From Acholeplasma laidlawii PG-8A (GTDB lineage: Bacteria; Bacillota_I; Bacilli_A; Acholeplasmatales; Acholeplasmataceae): DNA of 32,000 nucleotides. Of this stretch, positions 8,497 through 17,343 are shown piece by piece. A model generated the notes under the pieces. That model saw nothing but the letters and a program-made list of their open reading frames with translations, was not told the origin of the DNA and did not search any database. The DNA lies in the NCBI RefSeq assembly GCF_000018785.1, contig NC_010163.1:330001-362000 (forward strand). The letters run 5' to 3'. Numbering within the stretch: the stretch's first letter is position 1; each line of letters begins with the position of its first letter. The translations under genes and the position numbers were made by a program.

Positions 8497-9657
8497 ATGA
8501 GTTATATTTTTTCAAGCGAAAGTGTGTCTAAAGGACATCCAGATAAAGTGGCGGATTTTATAGCAGATTCAGTATTAGATTTAGTATTAAAAAATGACCC
8601 TAAAGCACGTTGTGCGATTGAGGTTGCTTTAGCACACACAACTGTTTATATTTTTGGTGAGGTATCAACAAGTTATATATTAACAGATGAAATCATTATT
8701 GAAACTGCAAAAAAAGCAATCGATTTTTGTGGTTATAATGATGAGAAATTCATCTTTGATGCAAAATCAGCAACCTATCATGTAAACATTCATAAACAAA
8801 GTGCAGATATCGCGCTAGGGGTTGATGAAACAGATAATAAAGAACAAGGTGCAGGGGATCAAGGTATTATGTTTGGTTATGCTAAAGATGATACGAAAGA
8901 ACTTTTACCTTTACCGATTTTTCTAGCACATGAATTAACTAAGCGTTTAGCTTTTGTTAGAGAAGAAGGTATTGTATCCGGACTTGGACCAGATGGTAAA
9001 TCTCAAGTATCTGTTTTATATAATGAAAACCATGAACCACTGGAAGTTACAGCGATTGTATTATCTACACAACATGAAGCATCCAAAACACTTGAAAGTG
9101 TTAAAGCAGACATGATGAAACATGTTATCTTAGAAGTCATTCCAAAACATTTAATTACAGATAACACTAAATACTATATTAATCCAACCGGTAGATTCGT
9201 CATTGGTGGACCAGTAGGAGATAGTGGCTTAACAGGTCGTAAACTTATTGTAGACACTTACGGTGGATACTCACGCCACGGTGGTGGTGCATTTAGTGGT
9301 AAAGATGCATCTAAAGTAGACAGATCAGCATCTTATATGGCAAGATACTTAGCAAAACAAGTCGTAGGAAGTGGTATTGCAAAAACTTGTGAAATCCAAT
9401 TAGCTTATGCTATTGGTGTTGCAGAACCTGTAAGTTTATATGTAAACACTTTTGGTACATCTAAAGTAAGTAATGAGGTAATTGCTGAAACAATCTCCAA
9501 ACACTTTGATTTAAGACCTAAAGCAATTATTAATTATCTTGGACTTACGAACCCAATTTTCAAACAAACCACACATAATGGCCATTTTGGTAAGTTAGAA
9601 TCTAATTTAAGTTGGGAAAAATTAGATAAAATTGAAATTTTCGAACAATTAGTATAA
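8497..9657 (+). CDS. metK: S-adenosylmethionine synthetase
   Basis: 386 aa; SSESVSKGHPDKVADFIADSVLD, GAGDQGIMFGYA, GPVGDSGLTGRKLIVDTYGGYSRHGGGAFSGKDASKVDRSASYMARY. Confidence 0.98.
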   Translation: MSYIFSSESVSKGHPDKVADFIADSVLDLVLKNDPKARCAIEVALAHTTVYIFGEVSTSYILTDEIIIETAKKAIDFCGYNDEKFIFDAKSATYHVNIHKQSADIALGVDETDNKEQGAGDQGIMFGYAKDDTKELLPLPIFLAHELTKRLAFVREEGIVSGLGPDGKSQVSVLYNENHEPLEVTAIVLSTQHEASKTLESVKADMMKHVILEVIPKHLITDNTKYYINPTGRFVIGGPVGDSGLTGRKLIVDTYGGYSRHGGGAFSGKDASKVDRSASYMARYLAKQVVGSGIAKTCEIQLAYAIGVAEPVSLYVNTFGTSKVSNEVIAETISKHFDLRPKAIINYLGLTNPIFKQTTHNGHFGKLESNLSWEKLDKIEIFEQLV

Positions 9658-9705
9658 AATACATATATTCACTAACCATACGCAGCTTGAGAGGGTGACA
9701 GTAAG

Positions 9706-10275
9706 ATGGACAATTTATTAATTTTTTACATTACAGCAGGTATAGTCGTACTGATTCTTGTAATTATATGGGTTTGGTATCTAATTAATGCTAATAGTTT
9801 TAAAAAGAATAAACAAAATATTGCAGATCTCATGATAGATATAGATGACATCATCGTGAATAAACATAACCTGTTAAATCTTATGATAGAACAAACAAAA
9901 AGAAGTTTAGCAATTGAAGCTAAGGTACTAAATGAGATGCTTGAAATAGCGGTCATTACAAATTCAGATAGTGTTGAACAAAAACAAGATATATCATTTC
10001 AATTAACTCAATCTATGCACATGTTATATGAAATGATTACAGAACATAAAGATTTAAAAACATCAAAAGCGATTAAAGAAAAACTAGATGATTGGATTAT
10101 CCTAGAAGAAAGCCTGCAAAGCACTAGAAAATTATATAATACAAATGTTTCTAGTTTTAATCACAAAATTGTAGCATTTCCTTCAAACATTATAGCGAAA
10201 ATAAAAAAGTATAAAAGAATCGATTTCTTTGAAGTTGATATCTTACTGACTAAAGAAGAAGTAGATAGTTTATAA
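9706..10275 (+). CDS. LemA-family-like membrane protein
   Basis: 189 aa; single N-terminal TM helix, NSFKKNKQNIADLMIDIDDIIVNKHNLLNLM and LEESLQSTRKLYNTNVSSFNHKIVAFPSNIIAKIKKYKRIDFFE resemble the LemA N-terminal and FPSN-containing C-terminal patterns. Confidence 0.65.
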   Translation: MDNLLIFYITAGIVVLILVIIWVWYLINANSFKKNKQNIADLMIDIDDIIVNKHNLLNLMIEQTKRSLAIEAKVLNEMLEIAVITNSDSVEQKQDISFQLTQSMHMLYEMITEHKDLKTSKAIKEKLDDWIILEESLQSTRKLYNTNVSSFNHKIVAFPSNIIAKIKKYKRIDFFEVDILLTKEEVDSL

Positions 10276-10285
10276 AGATTACCAA

Positions 10286-10315
10286 AGAGGATACTAAAAT
10301 GTATCCTCTTATTGT
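10286..10315 (+). terminator. Intrinsic terminator-like hairpin
   Basis: AGAGGATAC-TAAAAT-GTATCCTCT then TATTGTTTAT; the T tract is interrupted. Confidence 0.6.
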
Positions 10316-10486
10316 TTATATACACAACTTTTAATAAAAATAATATAAAAAAAAGGAATTAAAAGTAAATGATGTATTTAGTATAAAAAAACACGATATT
10401 TATGTAAAAATCATCTGAAATAGTGGGGATTATTTGGAGAAATCATATTAAATATGGTATCATTTAGTGATGTCATCTATAGATGA

Positions 10487-10515
10487 TTGATAAGTAAACC
10501 ATGATAAGGTATGAT
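10487..10515 (+). promoter_or_regulatory. Candidate secA promoter
   Basis: TTGATA (10487-10492), 17-nt spacer, TATGAT (10510-10515). Confidence 0.5.
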
Positions 10516-10598
10516 TTGGGTTTTATGCCAAATCGTTTTAGATTAAATAAAGAATAATGAAGTACACATAAACTTAAACAAGTAAAGGAAGTGATGTT

Positions 10599-13067
10599 AT
10601 GTTTGGACTATTTGATTCGACCAAAAAAGCAGTAAAAAAATATAACAAAGTAGCTCATAAAATTATGGCTTTAGAAGATACAATGAAAGCAATGAGTGAC
10701 GAAGCATTAAAAAATCAAACTAAAATTTTTAAAGATCGTATTAAAAATGGAGAAACTTTAGACGATATTTTAGTTGAAGCATTTGCAACAGTTAGAGAAG
10801 CCTCAAAACGTGTAACTGGGCTAACACCATATTTTGTACAATTAGTTGGTGGTATGTCGATTCACGATGGTAATATTGCTGAAATGAGAACAGGTGAAGG
10901 TAAAACCTTAACCGCTGTTTTACCTGCATATTTAAATGCTTTAAATGGTGATGGTGTGCATATTGTTACAGTCAACGAATACTTAGCTAAACGTGAAGCT
11001 GAAGGCGAAATTGGTGACCTATTTAGATTCTTAGGATTAACTGTAGGTTTAAATATTAGAGATTTAGATAGAGAAGGTAAAAAGGCAGCATATGCTTGTG
11101 ATATTATGTACTCTACAAACTCTGAGTTAGGCTTTGATTACTTAAGAGATCACATGGTCTTATATCATAAAGATATGGTTGCACAAAGAGGCTACCCATA
11201 CGCAATTATTGATGAGGTTGACTCGATTTTAATTGATGAGGCTAGAACACCTTTGATTATCTCTGGACCTGCTAAACAAACTCAAAACTTATACCAACAA
11301 TCTGATCGTTTTGTAAAATCTTTAAGTGATCATGAATATGAATTAGATGTAGAGTCAAATACTGTCGAGTTAACACCTGAAGGTATTGCTAAAGCAGAAA
11401 GCGTATTTAATATTGAAAACTTATATGACTTAAGTCATGTATCTTTATTACATCACATCAACAATGCTTTAAAAGCTAATTTCACCATGTTTAGAGACAA
11501 AGAATATATGGTTGTAGAAGGTGAAGTTTTAATTATTGACCAATTTACAGGTCGTGTACTAAAGGGTAGACAATTTAGTGAAGGTCTACACCAAGCACTT
11601 GAAGCCAAAGAAAACGTTGAAATTAAAAAAGAAACTGTTACAGTAGCTACAATTACGTACCAAAACTTCTTTAGAATGTATAAAAAACTATCTGGTATGA
11701 CCGGTACTGCAAAGACTGAAGAAGATGAATTTATAGAAATTTATAACATGAGTGTTATTGAAATTCCTACAAACAAACCAGTCATTAGAGAAGATGCTAA
11801 AGATTACTTCTTTGTAACAGCAGAAGAAAAATATCAAGCATTAATTGAAGAAATCAAACGTAGACACGAGATTGGGCAACCCATATTAATTGGTACAATT
11901 GCAGTCGAAACATCAGAATTTTTAAGTATGGAATTACGCAAACATCGTATTAACCATGAAGTATTAAACGCTAAAAACCATGAAAGAGAAGCTGAAATTG
12001 TTGCTAAAGCTGGTCAAAAAGGTGCGGTTACAATCGCGACCAACATGGCTGGACGTGGTACCGACATTAAACTTGGTGAAGGTGTAGTGGAACTTGGTGG
12101 TTTAGCAGTATTAGGTTCTGAAAAACACGATGCTAGACGTATTGATAATCAGTTAAGAGGTCGTTCTGGACGTCAAGGGGATCCTGGTTTTTCAAGATTC
12201 TACTTATCTGCAGAAGATGAACTCATGGTACGTCGTGGAGGAGACCGTTTTAGAACAATTATTGAAACACTTCAACGTGCCCAAGCAACCGGTGAACCAG
12301 TAACTTCTAAGATGATTACATCTTTAATTACTGGTGCACAAAAACGTAGTGAAGGTGTCAACTCAGAAATTAGAAAAAACGTCTTAAGATATGACGATGT
12401 TTTAAGAGTGCAAAGAGAAATTATTTATGCTGAACGTACATCTATTTTAACTAAAGAAACTGTTGAAGAAGAAGTCATTAAGTTTATTGAAACAATTGTT
12501 GAAGCTGAAATTGATGAGTTTATCATTCCTCACGGAAGAAATAAATTTGAAATTAAAGATGAAGCAATTGTTCACCATTTTGAAAGTTTCTTAATACCTA
12601 AAGGTATGGTTAAAATTGAAGATGTAAATGAAATGGATGAAGTAGAAATTGTCAACCATTATAAAGATCTTGCGATTAAATTATTAGTAAGTAAAAAAGA
12701 AGTTGTACCTCAAGAAGTGTACAATGAGTTTTTAAAAGTAATCATGTTACGTGTAATTGATACTTATTGGATGCGTCATATTGATGCAATGAGTGAGTTA
12801 CGACAAGGTGTTAGACTACAATCATACGGTCAACAAAATCCGTTAATTATTTACCAAAAAGAAGGTAAACGTATGTTTGATGAAATGCGCTACAATATTT
12901 CAAAAGATATTGCTAGATATGCTGCACTGGGTCGTATTGAATTAAATGTTAGCCGTGAAGCGGTTGTTAAAAATACAAGCACAAACCAAGGTGAAGATGC
13001 TTCTAAACAAAAACGTAAACAACCTAAGCGTGCTCACAGAAGTCAATTACCGTGGAATAGAAGGTAG
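10599..13067 (+). CDS. secA: Preprotein translocase ATPase SecA
   Basis: 822 aa; EMRTGEGKTLTAVLPAYLNAL, YAIIDEVDSILIDEARTPLIISG, NMAGRGTDIKLG, QLRGRSGRQGDPGFSRFYLSAED. The C-terminus lacks the usual Cys/His metal-binding tail. Confidence 0.98.
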   Translation: MFGLFDSTKKAVKKYNKVAHKIMALEDTMKAMSDEALKNQTKIFKDRIKNGETLDDILVEAFATVREASKRVTGLTPYFVQLVGGMSIHDGNIAEMRTGEGKTLTAVLPAYLNALNGDGVHIVTVNEYLAKREAEGEIGDLFRFLGLTVGLNIRDLDREGKKAAYACDIMYSTNSELGFDYLRDHMVLYHKDMVAQRGYPYAIIDEVDSILIDEARTPLIISGPAKQTQNLYQQSDRFVKSLSDHEYELDVESNTVELTPEGIAKAESVFNIENLYDLSHVSLLHHINNALKANFTMFRDKEYMVVEGEVLIIDQFTGRVLKGRQFSEGLHQALEAKENVEIKKETVTVATITYQNFFRMYKKLSGMTGTAKTEEDEFIEIYNMSVIEIPTNKPVIREDAKDYFFVTAEEKYQALIEEIKRRHEIGQPILIGTIAVETSEFLSMELRKHRINHEVLNAKNHEREAEIVAKAGQKGAVTIATNMAGRGTDIKLGEGVVELGGLAVLGSEKHDARRIDNQLRGRSGRQGDPGFSRFYLSAEDELMVRRGGDRFRTIIETLQRAQATGEPVTSKMITSLITGAQKRSEGVNSEIRKNVLRYDDVLRVQREIIYAERTSILTKETVEEEVIKFIETIVEAEIDEFIIPHGRNKFEIKDEAIVHHFESFLIPKGMVKIEDVNEMDEVEIVNHYKDLAIKLLVSKKEVVPQEVYNEFLKVIMLRVIDTYWMRHIDAMSELRQGVRLQSYGQQNPLIIYQKEGKRMFDEMRYNISKDIARYAALGRIELNVSREAVVKNTSTNQGEDASKQKRKQPKRAHRSQLPWNRR

Positions 13068-13069
13068 TT

Positions 13070-14167
13070 ATGGAAAAGTACGAAGTAAATAAGACACTAG
13101 AACTTTTTGAAACAAAAATTAAAGATTTAGAAAATGCTTTAGATTTAGATGCTATTAATAACAGATTAAAAGAAATCGAACCCATCATGGCAAATCCTAA
13201 TTTTTGGAATGATTCAAATCAAGCAAAAAAGATTAGCCAAGAATTAAATCAACTTACAGAGAAAAAACAAACTATTACATCGATTCAAAACCAATATGAG
13301 GATGCCTTAATGTGGCTTGAAGAAGCCAAAGAAGGTACTGAGAGTTGGGATATTTTAGAAGCTGAAATTGATTCACTTCAAAAAAAGATATCTGAGTTTG
13401 AAATTGAAGTATTACTCAATGGAGAATATGATCATAACAATGCAATCTTAGAACTTCATCCAGGTGCTGGTGGTACAGAGTCCATGGACTGGTGTGGTAT
13501 TTTAATGCGTATGTATGAACGCTTTGCTGGCTATAAAGGTTATAAGGTAGAAATACTAAACTACTTAGCGGGTGAAGAAGCAGGTGTTAAATCTGTTACA
13601 TTACGTATTTCTGGTCCATATGCTTATGGTAATTTAAAGTCTGAACGTGGTGTTCACAGATTAGTTCGTATCTCACCATTTGACTCCAATAAAAGAAGAC
13701 ATACTTCCTTTGTTTCATGTGATGTAGCACCTGAAATTGATGAAACAAGTGAAGTTGAATTAAAAGATGATGATATTCGTATGGATACATTCCAATCCTC
13801 TGGTGCAGGTGGTCAGTCGGTTAACACAACTTACTCTGCTGTAAGATTAACACATATACCAACTGGTATTGTTGTTAATATTCAAAATGAACGTAGTCAG
13901 ATTAAGAATAAAGAAGCAGCAATGCAAATTTTAAAATCTAAACTGATACAAAAAGAACTAGAAGAAAAACAAGCGAAGTTAAATGCCCTTAAGGGTGAAA
14001 AATCAGATATTGGTTGGGGTAGTCAAATTAGATCTTATGTATTCCAACCTTATCAAATGGTCAAAGACCACAGAACTAATTATGAAGTTGGTAATATTCA
14101 GTCTGTCATGGATGGAGATATTGACGGTTTCATTAATGCTTATTTAAAGAGTAAAGCCTATGAATAA
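13070..14167 (+). CDS. prfB: Peptide chain release factor 2 (continuous frame, no programmed frameshift)
   Basis: 365 aa; LELHPGAGGTESMDWCGILMRMYERF, RISPFDSNKRRHTSF (RF2 SPF motif), SSGAGGQSVNTT. The codons where the frameshift site is expected read GCT TTA GAT. Confidence 0.95.
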   Translation: MEKYEVNKTLELFETKIKDLENALDLDAINNRLKEIEPIMANPNFWNDSNQAKKISQELNQLTEKKQTITSIQNQYEDALMWLEEAKEGTESWDILEAEIDSLQKKISEFEIEVLLNGEYDHNNAILELHPGAGGTESMDWCGILMRMYERFAGYKGYKVEILNYLAGEEAGVKSVTLRISGPYAYGNLKSERGVHRLVRISPFDSNKRRHTSFVSCDVAPEIDETSEVELKDDDIRMDTFQSSGAGGQSVNTTYSAVRLTHIPTGIVVNIQNERSQIKNKEAAMQILKSKLIQKELEEKQAKLNALKGEKSDIGWGSQIRSYVFQPYQMVKDHRTNYEVGNIQSVMDGDIDGFINAYLKSKAYE

Positions 14168-15029
14168 AGAAATGATTAAATCATATGCACTCATTACTCT
14201 AGGCGTATTTTTACTACATTTAGCATTTTACTTTTTTATGCAACCAATGGGTTTAATCACAGGTGGTATGATGGGACTTAGTTTAATGCTTGAACCATTA
14301 ATTCCATTTTCTACAGGTATTACCTATCTCATGTTAAATATTGTAGCACTTACAATTGGCGGTATTTTATTTGGTAAAGATTTCTTTTTAAAGACTGTAT
14401 TTGCAAGTATTTTGTCACCTGTTTTAGTGACATTATTTGAAGTTTTAAAGATAGAAGATACACTTATACTAAATCAAATTGATCTACACTATCAACTCTT
14501 AGTAGCTAGTATTGCTAGTGGGGTATTAGCTGGTGTGGGTATTGGTCTAGTCTTAAGATATAATGCAACCACAGGTGGTATGGATATCTTTCAAAAGATT
14601 ATCAATAAATATTTAAAAGTACCATTTTCAGTTGCAGTTTATCTAACCGATGGTTTAATTATTTTACTTGGTGCATTTATAAGTCTACAAAATGGGTTAT
14701 TTGCTATTTTAGCTATGTTATTAACAGCATATATGTTAGAAAAAACAGCGATATTTGGAAGAAACGCCTTTGCACTGATGATTATTACCAAAAAACATGA
14801 TGAGATTAAAGAAGCAATTTATGAACGTATAGACAGAGGTGTAACAAGATTAAAAGCTATTGGTGGCTACTCTGGTATTGAAAAAGAATTAGTACTTACT
14901 ACGATGAATCGCCAACAACTCTATATTGCTAAAGAGTTTATTACACAAATAGATCCAAACGCATTTACACTCATTATCTCAACAAAAGAAGTATTAGGTG
15001 AAGGTTTTCACCGTGACGATCTCACATGA
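14160..15029 (+). CDS. YitT family membrane protein (DUF161 plus C-terminal DUF2179 type)
   Basis: 289 aa; multiple TM helices, GGMMGLSLMLE, GIGLVLRYNATTGGMDIFQKI, C-terminal RQQLYIAKEFITQIDPNAFTLIISTKEVLGEGF. Confidence 0.85.
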   Translation: MNKEMIKSYALITLGVFLLHLAFYFFMQPMGLITGGMMGLSLMLEPLIPFSTGITYLMLNIVALTIGGILFGKDFFLKTVFASILSPVLVTLFEVLKIEDTLILNQIDLHYQLLVASIASGVLAGVGIGLVLRYNATTGGMDIFQKIINKYLKVPFSVAVYLTDGLIILLGAFISLQNGLFAILAMLLTAYMLEKTAIFGRNAFALMIITKKHDEIKEAIYERIDRGVTRLKAIGGYSGIEKELVLTTMNRQQLYIAKEFITQIDPNAFTLIISTKEVLGEGFHRDDLT

Positions 15030-15595
15030 TAGTCAAAGAGGTTAGAAAACTTAAAACCAATTACCAAGTTGAATTTCAAAATGGTTATAAGTTAACAATT
15101 GATGAAGATACGTTAGTCCAATATAGATTAAGACCAGGTATTGAAGTAGAATCTGTTGAAGTCTTACAAAAAGCAATGGAAAAACATAAACTACTCAATA
15201 AGGCGATTAAATTTGCTTCCTATGGTAAGTCTGAAAATCAAGTGATTAAGTACCTAAATGAACAAGGTATGCATAATACGTATGATGCCATTATGACCCT
15301 TAAAAAAATGCGTATCATTGATGACTATAAAATGATTCGAGGACTTCAAAATAAGGGGTACTCTTATCTACAGTTAGAAGAAAAGTTAAAGTTTTATCAA
15401 TTTGAACAAAAAGACATCGACTACGCCTTAGAAAATTATAATGAAAGAATTCCTTTATATAAACAGTTTAAGTTAGCACTTAAAAAGTATGAAAAGGAAA
15501 CAGATTATAAAAAGAAACAACAAAAAATCTATCGTTATTTAATGTCTAAAGGCTTTAATGAAGATAGTGTGATGTCAGTTATGAATATCAGCTAA
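15026..15595 (+). CDS. recX: Regulatory protein RecX
   Basis: 189 aa; three-helix repeat pattern (KAIKFASYGKSENQVIKYLNEQG, IIDDYKMIRGLQNKGYSYLQLEEKL, YRYLMSKGFNEDSVMSV). ATGA overlap with the upstream gene. Confidence 0.8.
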   Translation: MIVKEVRKLKTNYQVEFQNGYKLTIDEDTLVQYRLRPGIEVESVEVLQKAMEKHKLLNKAIKFASYGKSENQVIKYLNEQGMHNTYDAIMTLKKMRIIDDYKMIRGLQNKGYSYLQLEEKLKFYQFEQKDIDYALENYNERIPLYKQFKLALKKYEKETDYKKKQQKIYRYLMSKGFNEDSVMSVMNIS

Positions 15596-15597
15596 AA

Positions 15598-15626
15598 AAA
15601 TGAGCACATTTAATATGTGCTCATTT
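15598..15626. terminator. Bidirectional intrinsic terminator
   Basis: AAATGAGCACAT-TTAAT-ATGTGCTCATTT between convergent recX and the HAD gene, with A/T tracts on both sides. Confidence 0.9.
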
Positions 15627-15631
15627 ATATT

Positions 15632-16444
15632 TTATAGATTAAAGTATTGTTCTAAGAAGTGGCCAACACCGGCATTATCATTGTCTATATCTAGGATTTT
15701 ATCTGCAACAGCTTTTAACTCTGCTGTACCATTTGGCATTGCAAGACCAAGAGCTACACCTTGAATCATTTCAATATCATTTAGACCATCACCAAATGCT
15801 ATAGTGTTTTTCTTATCAATTCCAAAATGATCTGCTACCCATAGAATAGCTGATAATTTAGATGAACCAGTCTTGTAGATTTCATACACTGCATGTTTAG
15901 AATCACTACCCCATAATCTAAAACCGACTTCATCCTTTAAATCATTATTTATATAAGATTCAAAGTTTTGCATAAATGCATTTTCAACTAAGTAAATCAT
16001 ACCGGTTGGTGTATGTTGTAGTTGGTCAAATTCTGCGTGGATAATTTTAGCATTTTGACTCCCCATAAATATATTATGTAATCTATCTAAATATTTGTAA
16101 GCATAGATATGATCACCATAAGAATAAAATGCAGATACAAGATGTTCTTTAGTATATAAAAATAATTTATGTGCAACTTCAACTGTTATACCATCGGTTA
16201 CAATTTGAAATTTAGGATTTTTAGGTTCTCTAATGTTACCACCATTATCAGTTATTACAGGTGTTGATAAATCAAGTTCGTTGTAGATATCAATAGTTGC
16301 ATGAAATGGTCTACCTGTTGCAAGTACTACCATATGACCTTTGTCTAAGAGTTTATGTATCATTTCTTTATTCTTTAAAGGTATTTTTGAATCATTATTT
16401 AATAACGTGCCGTCTAAATCTATAGCAATTAAGTGTCTTTCCAT
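15632..16444 (-). CDS. Cof-type HAD-IIB family hydrolase
   Basis: 270 aa; LIAIDLDGTLLNNDSKIPLKN, VLATGRPFHATI, TDNGGNIR, IAFGDGLNDIEMIQGVALGLAMPNGTAELKAVAD. Confidence 0.93.
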   Translation of the reverse strand: MERHLIAIDLDGTLLNNDSKIPLKNKEMIHKLLDKGHMVVLATGRPFHATIDIYNELDLSTPVITDNGGNIREPKNPKFQIVTDGITVEVAHKLFLYTKEHLVSAFYSYGDHIYAYKYLDRLHNIFMGSQNAKIIHAEFDQLQHTPTGMIYLVENAFMQNFESYINNDLKDEVGFRLWGSDSKHAVYEIYKTGSSKLSAILWVADHFGIDKKNTIAFGDGLNDIEMIQGVALGLAMPNGTAELKAVADKILDIDNDNAGVGHFLEQYFNL

Positions 16445-16566
16445 TATGAAACCTCCATCATTTGTTAAAGTCCATTATCGCATATAATAATGCTTCTTAC
16501 AAGTTTATAAGCCCAATTATGGCATAAATATAGTATAATTTATGTAAAGGATGGTATAAATAACTT

Positions 16567-17343
16567 ATGATATGGGACTTGGGTTTTATTGAACTAAATA
16601 TTGGCTGGCTCATTACCTTTTTTTCAGGGGTTTTATTTGGCGTTATTTTACTATCTTTATGGTATCTTGTAGCAGTCATTGCCTCATTAAATAAAGGTTT
16701 AAGAGGTGCTAAAGTGCAGGAAGAAGACATTGATGAAAAAGAGATTCAATGGCTTATTGAAGATGCACATAAAACATTTAAAGATAAAAAATTAAGAACT
16801 GAAGCGGGTTATGGACCGCATTTGATGAATGTGGCTTTAGAATTAAGTGCAGATATTGCTACTAAGTTTTACCCTAAAAGTAAATATCCATATTTAGAAC
16901 TATCACTCGATGAATCCTTAGTACTACTAAAGTATGTAGCGGATCGTTTTAATGAGTTATTAGAAAAACCCATCTTAAAGATGTTTAAAGGTATTACCTT
17001 AAGAAGATTATTTACATTAAGTGAAGCTAAAACTAAAATTGATAATAATCTCCTAGTTAAAGCGACTAATAAGTTAAAGGTGAATGAAATTATTAAACAG
17101 TCTATGATGGTACTAAATGTTGTAAACCCAGTGTACTGGTTTAGAAGATTAGTGTTAAATAATGTAACTCATGCCATTATGATTAAATTAGGTTTAGTAG
17201 TAATTTCACTAACTGGTGAGGAAACGTATAAAATATACTCTAAGAAAGTATTTAATCAAGATAAGACAATAGACTCGGGCATCGAAGAATTATATAAAGG
17301 CATTGAAGCAGATTTAAAGGGGGAAGAGAATCTTGAAGCGTAA
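16567..17343 (+). CDS. Uncharacterised membrane protein
   Basis: 258 aa; strong N-terminal hydrophobic segment (IGWLITFFSGVLFGVILLSLWYLVAVIASL), soluble central region with KSKYPYLELSLDESLVLLKYVADRFNELL; stop codon overlaps the start of ftsK. Confidence 0.7.
   Translation: MIWDLGFIELNIGWLITFFSGVLFGVILLSLWYLVAVIASLNKGLRGAKVQEEDIDEKEIQWLIEDAHKTFKDKKLRTEAGYGPHLMNVALELSADIATKFYPKSKYPYLELSLDESLVLLKYVADRFNELLEKPILKMFKGITLRRLFTLSEAKTKIDNNLLVKATNKLKVNEIIKQSMMVLNVVNPVYWFRRLVLNNVTHAIMIKLGLVVISLTGEETYKIYSKKVFNQDKTIDSGIEELYKGIEADLKGEENLEA

Noticed and set aside
13805-13825. RF2 reads GGQSVNTT rather than GGQHVNTT
   Set aside because: The GGQ catalytic tripeptide is intact, and I cannot establish without an alignment that Ser after GGQ is unusual in RF2.
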